A DNA stretch of 64,000 nt from Phaeosaccion multiseriatum (Eukaryota > Protista > Ochrophyta, other classes). Within the stretch, counting starts at the first letter, position 1. Each line of letters begins with the position of its first letter. Shown piece after piece: positions 39,751 through 52,856 of the stretch. Location of the stretch: NCBI GenBank assembly GCA_965112735.1, contig OZ218959.1, positions 2,790,001 through 2,854,000 on the forward strand, read 5' to 3'. The translations under genes were made by a program, and so were the position numbers. The notes under the pieces were generated by a model, which was not told the origin of the DNA, made no database searches, and was given only the letters and a program-made list of their open reading frames with translations.

Positions 39751-39993
39751 GCAATCGGCCCCTGACATGCTTCTGAGGCGACCCTGCTTCCTGCTTCTGG
39801 CCGGCGCTGCTTCCTGCTTCTCGCTGGCGCCAGCCGGCCAGGCAGGTTCCAGGTTCTGGGGGAAAGCCATGTAATAAGGCAATGATGAGGGCCAAGGCTG
39901 CTTCCTGCTTCTGGCCGGCATCAGCCGGCTTCTGGGCTGGCCTGTCTCAGAAGCATGTCAGTCGAGGCCATCGAGAGGCCAGGCGCCGATTGC
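39751..39993. repeat. Nested short inverted and direct repeats (possible element terminus or MITE-like remnant)
   Basis: CTGACATGCTTCTGAG 39762-39777 / CTCAGAAGCATGTCAG 39946-39961; GCAATCGGC 39751-39759 / GCCGATTGC 39985-39993; 22-bp direct repeat at 39784-39805 and 39898-39919. Confidence 0.75.
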
Positions 39994-40092
39994 CGATAGG
40001 CTGCAAGCCCCCAAAAAGGGGGGAGTTTCAGCTCGTTGGGACCTACCTAATAGTAATGCGACTCGAATTCAAAGCACATAGAGCGAGGAGCC

Positions 40093-40703
40093 ATGGCCAA
40101 TAAGGCCAGTGTGGTTTCCAATGGCGGCGGAGCGGGAGCCAAGGCTCCTCCCCGCGACCGATACGCTCACCTGCGAGCCACGATGGTAGGCGAGAACAAG
40201 GAGGAACGGATCACTTTTACATGCATCAATTGCTTAATTTTTCCCTCCGTATCTGCTGCCTATCTTCGACCTTCCCGTCCTGCCCTCGCAGGGAGTGGAG
40301 TTATTCGACAAGGTGCAGGCCGCCAAGCTACTCGTTGTAGGCGCAGGAGGGATCGGTGAGTGCGTCGTGAGTGCGCGTGGATGTAGACCGCCTGACTGAT
40401 CCAAGGAGGGGGGAGAAGTGGGCAGACAGACAGCTCAACCCTTCCCCTTGATTGTGCCTACGCATTTTGCAGTGATAGATTGCTGCCTGCTCAACTTACC
40501 GATGCCATCAATGCTATCCCGGTGAACGGTGTTGGTGGGTGTGGTCTGCTCTGCTCTGCTCTGCTCTGCTCTGCTCCCTGCCCTGATGGCGCCTCCAGGC
40601 TGCGAGCTACTGAAAAATTTGGTACTTACGGGCTTCAAGGACATCGAAGTCGTAGATCTCGACACCATCGACGTCAGCAACCTGAACAGGTATCGATCTA
40701 CCC

Positions 40704-40738
<35 letters not shown>

Positions 40739-41395
40739 AAGCACACCCGCGGGACGGGGCGGAAGGGGGTCGACAGTGAGGGCGGGCGCGCGCGTGTGTG
40801 TGTTTGTGTGTGTGACACAGTGACATAGGGACACAGGGGGGGGGGGAGTGGTTCCAAGAGCATATCAAAGAACGCAGTGTTGTCATGTCTTTTTTTTCCT
40901 TCTCACTTGTTCCTGCTTCCCCCATTGGCAGGCAATTCCTCTTTCGGCCCGAGCATGTCGGCCAGAGCAAGTCCAAAGTGGCCCGGGAGGTGAGAGCAGA
41001 GGAGGTGTATGGACAGATGCTTTGAGGCGCCATCCCTTGAGATGCCCCCTGAGCAGATCTATCTGTGACGCTAACCAACCAGTTCCAGAAATTCCACCCA
41101 CTCGCCTGCTTGCCTGCCTCCCTCTCTCCTTGTCTTGTGTCGTCTTATGTTTGATGTCTGTCCATAACTACCCTCACCCCCTCACGTCCTTTGCAAGGTG
41201 GTGCTTCGCTTCAACCCTGACGCCTCGATCGTCGCCCATCATGGCAACATCAAAGCGGCTCAGTTCGGCCTGAGCTACATTGATCAGTTCGACATGGTGC
41301 TCAACGCCCTCGATAACCTCGATGCCCGGAGGTGGGTGAGCCGCGATGGGCCGGTAGCACGCTTACACGCATACACGCACAAACACACACGTACA

Positions 41396-41458
<63 letters not shown>

Positions 41459-41582
41459 CCACACGCCCACACCCCTTGCCCCGTTCTCTCAGACACGTGA
41501 ACAGGCTGTGCCTCGCCAAGGACAAGCCCCTGGTGGAGAGCGGCACCACGGGCTTCCTGGGGCAGGTGTGTGTATGTGTGTA

Positions 41583-41624
<42 letters not shown>

Positions 41625-41943
41625 TGTATGTGTGTGTACCCTGCCCTTCACCCTGACCCGTAAGGCCTTGACCCTGACCCTGACCCTGACCCTAACCCTA
41701 ACCCTTCCTCTGCGGCAGGTGTGCGTCATCAAGAAGGGGGAGACGGAGTGCTACGAGTGCACACCCAAGACCACGCAGAAGCAGGCATGTTCGTTGTTGC
41801 CGTTAGCTGTTAACCGCTTGTTTTGTTTGTTTGGGCGCAAAGGGTTTCTTTAGCTAACTCCTCCCATGCCCTCCTCTCCCTTCGCTCTCTCCCCCTTTTC
41901 TCTCTCTTTCTCTTGTCTCTGTACCTCTCTTTCTGCCCCCTTC

Positions 41944-41974
<31 letters not shown>

Positions 41975-42279
41975 TCCCCCATCACCTCGCTCTCCCTCCT
42001 TCCCTCTCCTCAGTACCCCATCTGCACCATCCGTGCCACTCCCGACAAGCCTGTACATTGCATTGTGTGGGCGAAGGAGGCCTTCAAGCTCTTCTTCGGG
42101 GACATGACCACCAGGTTAAGTCAACAAGCGGTTTTCCTCTTAGCCCTCCTACATGAAGCATTGACCCCTCTTACTATCGAGCGTTAGCCCATCTAGTGTT
42201 AACCCTCCTCACCATCGGCCGTTAACCTTCTTACCATCGAGCCTTACCCCTCTTATATATGATATATATATATATATAT

Positions 42280-42319
<40 letters not shown>

Positions 42320-43530
42320 GCCTCCTCCCCTTACGCACCATCCCCTTGCGCCTCCCCATACCTCCCCTCCACATCCCCTTCCCCATACCCCTCCAGCATG
42401 TTGTACGAAGACCCCGCGGGTCTGGAGCAGTCCGTGTACATGGCCGAGGCTCTCCAGAGACCCACAGGAGAGGGTGAGGAGGAGGGGGGGAGCGAAGAGG
42501 CCGTGCTGGACTATGCCATGAAGGCCATCAAGGGGCAGGTACGGTGTGTGTGTGCGCGTGAGCGAGTGTGTGTGTGTGTATGTGTGTGTGTTGAGTGCGT
42601 GTGCGTATCTATGTCTTACTCCAAGGAAAACGTGGGGGCCGAGGGAGGGAAGGAAGCGAAGGGGCGAAGATTTCCCCCGCCCTTCCCTGTCTGAAAGACA
42701 TCCCCTGAGACCCCTCGCCCTCCTTCTCCTCCTCCCTCCTCCCCTCCTCCTCCTCCTCCTCCTCCTCCTCCTCCTCCCTCGTTGCCTTTTCCCGACCACA
42801 CACCACACCCTACTTGTAGTGTGTGGCAGAGATTAGCAAGAAGATAGCCATGGACGTCTACAAGGGGGCAAGCAGCGTACCAGTGCCGCTCACTGAGGAC
42901 CTGATCGAGAGCGCCGTGCGAAGTTTCAAAGAGGCCCCGACGAGGACCCAGGGGGGCGGTTGGGACAGGAAGGTGTGGGACGTGCAGGACAGGTGAGCTG
43001 AAACTGAAACTGCGTAGGAGTGGGAGCGTGCACCGCGTTTCGCTCCTCCTCTGGGGCGACTGAGGGCTAAGGGCTGAGACTGGCGATGGCGTTGGCTGCC
43101 ATCGATGGGACAGCGCCTTGCCAGGCAGCAGCTCACTACCCCTCCCTCCCCCCTCCCCTGTGCTGCTGTTGTGCTGCTGTTGTGCTGCTGCTGTGTGTGT
43201 CGCCGTTCTGTGGTGTGGTGTGGTGTGGTGCAGTATTCGCGAGCTCACGCTGTGCTTTGTCGAAGTCTTCACAGACCCGGAGCAGCGCAAGGTCAGTGGT
43301 CAGTGTAACTTCAGCTCAGTTTCAGTTCGAGTTCGGCTCGATTCGGGTTCAGCTTCGGATCAGTGTTGACAGTCAAGCTTTCTAGTGCGCAGTGGGGGTC
43401 CAAAGTCGAATCCGCTGCCTCACTTACAAACTCACTTCTCTGCCTCCCCACTCCTTCCCTCCCTCCCGCACCCACTTATCACCCGCTCCCTCTCTTTTTC
43501 TTGCCCGCGCGTCCACCTGCCCGTGCATTC

Positions 43531-43572
<42 letters not shown>

Positions 43573-45747
43573 GCACAGCTTGTGGGGTCGATGGAGTTCG
43601 ACAAAGACGACAGTGTGGCCATGCGCTTTGTGGCCGCCTTCACCAATCTGCGCAGCGCCATCTTCCACATCCCACTGCAGGTGAGGAGGGAGGGAAGGAA
43701 GGAAGGAGAGAGGGAGGGAGGGAGGGAGGGAGGGAGGAAGGGAGGGAGTCAGCGAGGGAATCTTACGAAGTGCGTGGTTGGGGTCTCCTGGCTAAATCAC
43801 GGTCCTCCTCCTCCTCCTCCTCCTCCTCCTGTTTTGTGGCGGTGCACACGCTTTACACACACACACACACATCACCGCATCATCCCAACAAACTCAACAC
43901 AATGAATGCAATAGTCCTTCTATGAGGCCAAGGGCATCGCAGGCAACATCATCCCCGCCATCGCCACCACCAACGCCATCATCGCGGGTATGCAGGTCGT
44001 GCAGGCAATCACCATCCTGGAGGCCAAGGTGAGTGAGTATGTGCAGGGGTGTCAGGACAGAGGGTGGGTGGACGGATGGGCGGGTGGGTGTTAGGAAAGA
44101 GAGCGGGGGGTGAGAAGTGTCAGGACAGGGTGGGTGGGTGGGCTCCTCCTCCTCCTCCCCTGTGTCCCATCCCCTGTTTGGTTATGCACCCTTGTTGGGG
44201 CCCCAAATCCGTCTCATCATCCGCATCATCCCTCCCGTCTCTCCATCTGCTGCCGTCCAATCCCTCCCACACACATACACAAACACACGCGCGCACACAC
44301 ACACGCACCCGTACACACACACACGCACATGCACACACAACAGGCCCCCATCGTGGAGTGCTGCAAGTACGTCTACTGCCTTCGCGGCCCCACTCGGAAG
44401 GGCATGTTCTTGCAACCCGCCACCCTACGAACCCCCAATCCGTCTTGCTATGTGTGCAACACAACGACGCTGGAGCTCTTTGTGGACACGCACACCACCA
44501 CGCTTCAGACGCTTGTGGACAATGTGTTCAAGGCCAGGTTGGGCATCAACGAGCCCAATATCACCATCGGGACCAGTGGCATTTACGAAGAAGTAAGTAG
44601 TATAATGTCTCACTGTACGAATAAAGACCCTGGACCCTCACCCACACCCACACCCACCCTCGCCCTCACATCCCCACCCTTCCCCTCACCCTCACGCTCA
44701 CCCTCGCCGTCACCCTCCCTCCGCCTCACCATCACCCTCACCATCACCCTCACCATCACCCTCCCCCTCCCCCTCTCCCTCCCCCTCTTTCTCACCCTCA
44801 CCCTCACCCTCTCCCTCCGCCTCGCCCTCCCCCTCATCCTCACACTCATCTTCATCACCCATCCATCCATCCATCCATCCATCCATGTCTCCTTCGCCGT
44901 GCATCACATCTTACAAACGCAAACTCCTCACCAGGGGGAGGGCTGTGACGAGAGCCTCCACGGCAACCTTCCCACCCTCCTCAAGGATCTGCCTGCAGGG
45001 GGCGTCATAGATGGCACACAGCTGAATGTGGAGGACTTTAGTCAGGACCTCAACGTCACCGTGTGCGTGTTCCACAAAGTGCTAGACGAGAAGGTGTGTG
45101 TGCGTGCGTGTGTGAGAGAGCGTGTGTGGGTGGGTGGGTTTGTGCGCGTGTTCATGTGTGTACGTGTGTGTGTTATGTGTATGCGTGTGGGTGGTTGTTC
45201 TCTATACCCTGCTGCGGACTGACCGACTTTGCTTCCCCTCCTTCCTTCCTCCCTTCCTTCCTCCCTACCTTCCTTCCTTCCTTCCTTCCTTCCTTCCTTC
45301 CTCCCGTTCTTCCATCCTTCCATCCTTCATTCCTTCCTTCCTTCCTTCCTTTCTCCCTTTTTGCCTTCCTTCCTTCTTTCCTTGCACCCCTCTGTCCTTC
45401 CTTCCGCCCCTTCCCCGCACCCCTAGGAGGTACCCGAGGGCTTCGAGCTGGCAGGGAACACAGACAAGAAGCTCCAGGAGGATAAAGCAACAAGCGAAGC
45501 AAGGAGCGCGGCCCCTGCCTCTTCTTCCTCTTCTGCTAGTACTACTGCGGCTGCCACTGCTGTACCACCAACTGCTGCTGGTGCTGCTGCTGCTGAGGCC
45601 AGTGATGATGATATTGTGATGGTGACGGACTCCACCACCCGCAAGAGGAAGCGGGAGCAGCGAGAGGAGGCCCAAGGCCAGAGAGAAGCCAAGAAGGCAG
45701 CCAAGGGGGGGGATGGGGAGGAGCAAGAGGTCATCTGTATCGACTGA
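40093..45747 (+). CDS. UBA2: SUMO-activating enzyme subunit 2 (E1), multi-exon
   Basis: Spliced product has [71 protein letters not shown], catalytic [54 protein letters not shown], basic RKRKR and terminal SIM-like EVICID-stop (TGA 45745-45747). Confidence 0.95.
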
Positions 45748-46377
45748 GCCATACATAGGCGTGAGAGAGAGGGAGAGAGAGACCATCAAGGGGCACACTG
45801 AGACAGGCCAAGGGGCACAGTGAGCCGTGCAAGGAATCGCATGTATCACCAACTGCTGCCCTGCTTATTGGGGAGAGTGGGTCCCACACACACCCCGTGC
45901 TGCCATGCTGAAGGACATGTACCGCTACTCTACCCATGTCCCGACATGCGCCATGATTGCTGTTTTTAGTTTCAGTTTCCCCCCTTTTTAGCACCCTCAA
46001 CTGTGTAACACGCACAAGTCGATATTGTCTTGACCAAATAGGAAGGAGGACTGGAGCTGGAGCTGGTCTTAAAAACTAAGCCAATCCTCCCCTCCCCCCT
46101 CCTCTTGCCACACACACCGAACACCAGGCCGGCTCCCCTTGCCACATCCTCCAGGGCATGTATATAGTGTCGTGCCCTTTCCTTGGAGGCGGTGCCAGTA
46201 CCGTATCACCAACTGCTGCTGTATCATCTGCCATCTGCTTTGAGACTACTTCATGCTTGCTGTACCGTGCTGGTGCGCGCGCTGTATCACCAACTGCTGC
46301 TGTATCTGTAGCATCAGCAACCCCAAAAAAAAACTGCTAATGCTGTGGATTGTATCACCCAACTGACTTATGATACA

Positions 46378-49300
46378 CTATGCGTAGAGCTTGCGTGTGT
46401 ACGAATGCAAGTCGTGAACACCCCCTTCCTTCTGCGCGGAGGGGCTCCTCAGCTCAAAGCGGACCACCCCGTCCCCCACGCCTGCGTGCACGGCCTTGAG
46501 AGAGAGCTGCCCGAGGTCTTGCAGGCCGTGGCGGATGGATTGGACCATGTACGGTACGAAGCGGTGCAGAGAGCCTCTGTTCAGCAGCAGGAGGAGGAGG
46601 AGGAGGAGGAGGAGGAGGAGGGGGAGGAGGAAGAAGAGAGGGTGGGGGGGGAGGCAGAATCAGTGAAATAAATCCCTGCCCTCTCTTCTCTTCTCTCTCT
46701 CTTGACTCTCTCTCCTCCCTCCTCTCCCTCTCCTTCTCCTCACCTGTCTACGACGACCCCGCTGACTCCGCTGGAGCCTGCAAACATGGAGAGGTCCCCC
46801 CCATTCCTCGTCCTTGCCTCCAAAGCGGTGGTGGCTTGATAGTGCTTGACTCGCACCCCGTCTTGAAACGCGTACTCGCCAGGGGCTTCTTCAGTGCCTG
46901 CGAGCAGCGAGCCCATCATCACGGCACTGGCTCCCTGGGGGGAGGGGAGGGGAGGGGAGGGAGGGAGGGGAGGGGAGGGGTGAGAGGCGAAGGGGGGGAA
47001 GGGGAAGAGGGAGGAGGAGGGGGGGGGAGGGGGTAACGGGCGAGGAGACAGGAGGACAGGGGAGGGAGAGAAAGGGAGGGAGAGTTCATCAGGGCACACC
47101 GCCACACTTCCCCCCACACTCGCACCCTCTCGCACATCACCAACCCCCCACCCCTTACGTAGCCCCACACGTGACCCCCACGTAAGCATACGTAAGGTAA
47201 TGTAAACGTACCAGTGTGAGTGCTTTGATGGCGCACCCCGTGTTCATGATGCCCCCATCCGCCACCACAGGTACACCAAACTCTCTTGCCACGCGGGACA
47301 CGTGATAAACTGCGCTGATCTGAGCACGACCAACTGCTCGAACCTGGGGGGAGAGGGGAGGGGAGAGGAGGGGAGGGGAGGAGAGAGAGGGAGGGAGTGA
47401 GTGACTGAGGGAGTGAATAAGGGAAGGACTGTTTGAGTGAGTGAATATGAGTGAGGGAACTAGTTTGTGGGTGGGTGGGTGAGTTGAGTGAGTGAGGGCA
47501 GGATGGCAATAGGACTAGAGTTTAAGCAAGGCAGAACGGAAGGAAAGAGGGAGGGAAAGAAGGAAGGAGAAAGGACGGAAAGAAAGACGGAAGAAAGGAG
47601 GGAAGGGAGGGAGAATGCACCCTCGTCCCATCTCATTCCGCCGTACCTGTTGGACATTGGAGACGGAGCCTGCCCCCATCCCGACTCGGATGCCGTCAGC
47701 CCCTGCCTCGAGCAGCGATCGTGCCTGGCCTGCTGTCACCACGTTACCAGCCATCACATCCACGCCGGGGTGGTTCGCCTGTCCCAGGGGGGCAACAAAG
47801 ACGAATACAGCGGTGCGGGCAGGAGAAGTGGCCGTGTCAGCAGCAGCAGCAGCAGCAGCAGCTGACTCCCTGGTCCCTTCCTTCTTCACCGTCGCGCTCG
47901 CCTCCGCCTTTTACCAGTACGACCACTTTCCCCACTCCGTACCACCGACGTGCCTACCTTAATGTATCTAATGAGGTCCCCCTGTGCGGCCGTGTGTCCG
48001 TTCCGCTCGTCCATGCACAACAGATCCACCCCCGCCTCCACCAGCAGAGCGATGCGGGCCTGCTCCGACGGGTTGGCAGACACAGCGGCTCCCACCTGTG
48101 TGCCGGGGCGTGCATGTGTGTGTGTATGTATGTGTGTGTGTGTGTGGTCAGCGCTCGTTCTCATGTCAAATGGTCTGGTTGTTTTGTCTCTACTCTTCTC
48201 ATCTCAAAGGATTTCCAGTAGTCTCGCCTCTCTCTGTGTTCCACCCTCCCCTCTCCCCCTCTCCTCCCCTCTAGCCCTTCCTCTTCCTCTCTCTCGCCCC
48301 TCTCTCCTCTCTCTCCCTCTACTCGGGTCTCCCTCGTCTCACCCTAAGCTTGCCGGTGACGGGGTCCTTGGTGGAGTGCGGAAAGTCTCGTGACTTGCGG
48401 ATGTCTGTCCGTGTAGTGAGCTTGCATAGGTTTCCCTCCTTGTCTACGATGGGCAAGTAGCCTGTGAGAAGAGTAGCCAGTAGAGAGAGAGTGAGAAGAG
48501 GAGTCAGTAGAGAGAGAGTGAGAAGAGTAGTCAGTAGAGAGAGAGTGAGAAGAGGAGTCAGTAGAGAGAGTGTGTGTCGAGCAGAGGAGGGAAACAGAGA
48601 GATGATAGAGGAGAGGAGTGATAGAGGAGAGGAGAGATGAGAGAGCGGGAGGACAGGAGAGAGCGAGAGGAGAGAGGGAGGGAGAGAGAGAGAGCGGAGA
48701 CGGAGTCAGTATTCGTCGAGTTGTAACGAACGAACGGACGGACGGGGGGCTTGCACAAGACAAGCAAAGCCCAACCCACACCAACCCGGTATAGTGACAA
48801 TGCTCGTCAAAGACGGAGCCGTGCTTGCTTGCATTGTTTGCATGGAACGTAGGGTGGATGGAGCAGGGATGGGCAGGCAGGCAACCCTGACGATAACAAC
48901 ACCGCCCCATATGCCTCTACGGGTACCTCAGAGGAGGGCCAAGTTGGCTCAGAGGCATGTGACATCGATTTTCTGGTTCGATGTTGCGGATCGATATTGG
49001 CTAAGGTATAATGAACTGTCCGTCCCTCCCTCCCCATACGCCTTTACCTTCTCTCTCCCTCCCCATACCCCTCCAACTGACTCACCTTTCTTGCTCTTCA
49101 TGAGCCGCTCCTGGGCCTCCTTGACGGAGATGCCCTCCTGCCCCACCACGATCTTATCGATAGGGGTCATGGTGTCTTGCAGCGTGCAGGAGCGGTCCTC
49201 CAGCAGATCCTGGGGAGGGAGGGGGGAGAGGGGGAGAGGGGGAGAGGGAAAGGGGTTGAGCGCACCACTCACACTTCTTCCTCTCGTCTTTCTCCATGCC

Positions 49301-51038
49301 TTCATTGCTTGCTTGCCTGCCTTCCTGCCCAGCTCCCTCCAAGTCACCGTGTGGTGTTTCTCCTGCACACACACACCCATACACTGACAAATACACATAC
49401 ACATACACGCCCACGCCCACACACACATGCACACCCACACCCACCCACACGCACATACACCCACTCACGGCTCTCACCGTATCTCTCTTGGTGCATAGCC
49501 CTACAAGCTTGGAGCCGAGGCGCCCATCCGTGGTGATGGGCACGCCTGTGATGTTCTTCTCTCTGCGAAGCTGGTCCAAGTCGCTGACCAAGTGCTGAGG
49601 GGAGAGCGTTACAGGGACGTCGATGAAACCGTTCTCGAAGCCCTTTACCTTGCGAACCATCTCCGCCTGAGGTATGTAGATATGTGTGTATGTATCATGA
49701 AGGGACGAGGGAGATGGGAGGGGGGAGGAGGGAGGGAGGGAGAGGGAGGGAGAGGGAGGGAGAGGGAGGAGGGTAAAAAGAGGGGGAGAGAGAAAGGGAC
49801 AGAGGGAGGCGGGGGAGTGTGAGTGTGAGAGAAAGGACACGCGCGTCAGAGAGAGAGAAACACAGGTGAGGCACGAGAATGGGGATGGCTATGGGTGGGG
49901 CCCCTTCCTCCCTCCCTCCCTCCCTCCCTCCCTCCCTCCCTACCTACCTACCTGCTTCTCCGGGGTGGTGTTGTTGTGCAGGATGCCGATGCACCCCTGC
50001 AGGGCCATGGCGATGGCCATCTTGGCCTCTGTCACGGTGTCCATGGGGGAGGCCGCTAGGGGGTACGCCAGGGGGATGTTGCGAGTCACGCAGCTGTGAC
50101 AGGAGGCAACAGAGTCAGTCAGTCAAGTCAGCCAGTGAGTGAGGGAGAGAGTGAGTGAAATAAGTGAGTGAAGTAAGCGAGTGAGTGAGTGAGTGAGTGA
50201 GTGAGTGAGTGAGTAAGTGAGTGAGTGAGTGAGTGAGTGAGTGAGTAAGTGAGTGAGTAAGTGAGTGAGTCAGTCGGTCAGTCGGTCAGGCCGTCAGTCA
50301 GGCAGTCAGGCAGTCAGGCAGTCAGGCAGTCAGTCAGGCAGTCAGCCTGTCAGACAGTAAGTCAGTAAGTTGGAAGCAGCAGCTTTAGCAGCTATAGGGT
50401 GGCTCAATAAAGGAGGCGAGGGTCAGTCAATCAGTCAGTCAGGCTGTCAGTCAGTGAGTCAGTCAACAATGGAAGGGCCCATACTGCCTTTACTAAATGC
50501 CTTCCTGCCGCTTACGCGTCGCTTGCTCACCTGTGCAGCTCCACCTCCTCCACGCCAAAGTCGATCTGCCCGGGTAGCGCAATTATGTCATCGAAGGTGA
50601 AGCCTGTGTGTACATATATATATATATATATATGTAATAGCATCACGGGAGAGGAGAGAGTGTGAGGGTGTGGGACATTAACCCCCTTGAGGCTGATCGA
50701 AGCGCGGGCATGGGGCCGGCCGACGAGTCATCTCACAGCACACACACACACACACACACATACATACATAATACATACACACACATACGCCCACACACAG
50801 AGAGAGAGGGAACCTGAACACGAAGACGAGGCCAATGCCTAATCAAGACAAAGACACACGGCCTGCTTGTCTGGCTTTCTGCTTCACTGCCTGCCTGCTC
50901 ACTCCCTCAGTCCCGTCACTATCTGCTGCTCTCCTCCCTGCTTGACTGACCTCTTGACCCTGGAGAGGAGAAGATATGGCTTGCGCTGTATCCGTCTTGT
51001 AGGTCTGCCTCGGTTACAGTCACCCCATTGTGCTCCAT
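46378..51038 (-). CDS. IMP dehydrogenase-like protein with CBS pair; catalytic Cys and flap residues missing (putative pseudoenzyme)
   Basis: About 11 exons from ATG 51038 ([23 protein letters not shown]) to TAG 46380-46378. Motifs [115 protein letters not shown]. Catalytic loop reads [12 protein letters not shown]. Confidence 0.93.
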
Positions 51039-51763
51039 AGGAGCGCCGCCCTGGTCAGAGCAGGGGAGAGCAGACCAGCGAACCGATAACAGATAAGAGA
51101 TTGGGTAGAGGAGGGTAGAGCAGAGGAGGGAAGAGTAGAGCAGAGGAAGGCAGGGGAGAGTTGAGCAGCAGACGCAGGGGATTCGAGGTGGAGAATGCCT
51201 GCGTGATTTGGACGCTTCGAGTCAAGAACCCCGGTTATCAAGCACCACCGAAATCAGCAGCAGCGGCCCTGGATCGACCGGATCGATGAGATCGCCAGCC
51301 AAGCTCCCCCCCCCCCCCTTATAGCAAGAGCTAAGGAAGGCAGGGGTGCAACACATGAGTACCGCCGGCCGCCACTCAGCAATCTTACATCTTCACACAT
51401 AGTGCAGTGCCACACCAAAAAAAAAGGGGGAATTTGGTCGCTGCTGTCCCTCTCGGCTCTTCCCCAACACAATGGCAACGACTCCCTCCCTTCAAAGGAT
51501 GCTGTGCTAGTACTGCTGCCTGCGATCTGGGCCTTTCCCAGGTACTATCTGCTCTTCTCGCCTGGCCCTCCCTCACAGCCGCCCGACCAGGTTGGTGCGT
51601 TCCAGCCCGCGCCCCTTCCTTCGACCATCTCCCTATTTTCTTGCCCTCTTCTCACTTCCATCGTTCCCAAGCCTTTCCATGGTCGCAGTGAGCGCGCCTC
51701 CGAAGGAATACAGTCGCGCGAGACAAGCAAGCCCTGAAGCTGGTGCTGCAAAGCAGTCACTGG

Positions 51764-51815
51764 ATACGTCTACAGACAAAAGGGTAAATATACGTCTACA
51801 GACAAAAGGGTAAAT
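51764..51815 (+). repeat. Exact 26-bp tandem duplication
   Basis: ATACGTCTACAGACAAAAGGGTAAAT at 51764-51789 and 51790-51815. Confidence 0.95.
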
Positions 51816-52856
51816 CCGTGCAGCGGCCGGCCGCTCTCCGAAGCAAAGCTTTCCTCCGACGAAAGCCAGACTCCACACTCCACACTGCACACTCCAAAGT
51901 GTGCTGGTAAAAGCGCTGCTGTCGCTTGTTTCAAGCTCTCCGAGACCTTCCGCACCCTCCCTCTTGCCGCGTCTCCGCCTCCATCCATATTATCTCGGTT
52001 CTCTGCATCCTTAGAGATCGAGCCCCAGATACCCACGGTCAACGGGTAGCCATCTCCCCACAACTAAACCAGAGCGCGCCCACAGTCACAATCATCTGCA
52101 GCCACACTGTCTCACCTTCAAATAAAGGAGAGGAGGCGGCGAAGGCCAAACCAATTACAACTCTCGGTTAAAGTTCGCCCAAAGTCTACACCAGGGAACA
52201 GGCAACAGCGAAGGTTCAATTCCTGTCCGTGCAAGGATGTAGTGCACCAAGTCTTTCTCTCTCTCTCAAGCGAATAAAAAGGCAGGGAGGGGAAGAAGGG
52301 CCTCCCGGGGGCGGAGTGCGAGTTTGCGCTTCCTTCGAAAGATGAATCGCTCGTAAATCACACACACTCTCTTTATCACACACAGTTAAGGTAAGAGAGG
52401 AAAGGATGGTTGGAGAATGGTTTAAGTGCGATATAGGGGGGGGTGGGGGGGAGGGGAGGCCGAAAGGGGAAGGATGTCTCCCCGCTTTCCTTTTCGGTTC
52501 ACTCGCCCTGAAATCTCCCGTCTAATCCTACGTTTCGCCCATTTCCGTCTATTAAGAACGGCCAACGCACGGCTGCTAGTCCGCTCTCTCGCGAGTGGTG
52601 AAGCGAATCGAGGACGTTCCCGCATTCCCAATGAAGGGAGACTTGTTCGTTGTTTTTGTGCGTTGGGCGGCCTCTTTTTTCTCCTCCTTTTGTTTGGTTG
52701 GCCTCCCATGATTATGGGCTTGATAACCTGGCGCCTCATTTCGTTCCTCGCCCCTCCCCACCCCCCCCCCCTCCCCCCCACCGCGCTTCCCTTTGTTTCC
52801 CTGTCCCTGTCCCTCCTCTCCTGCCTCAGCCGAAACCAACTACACAACTCTCCACC

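Noticed and set aside
46378-51038. GMP reductase as the explanation for the odd IMPDH
   Set aside because: GMPR also requires the catalytic Cys (GSxCxT), which is absent.
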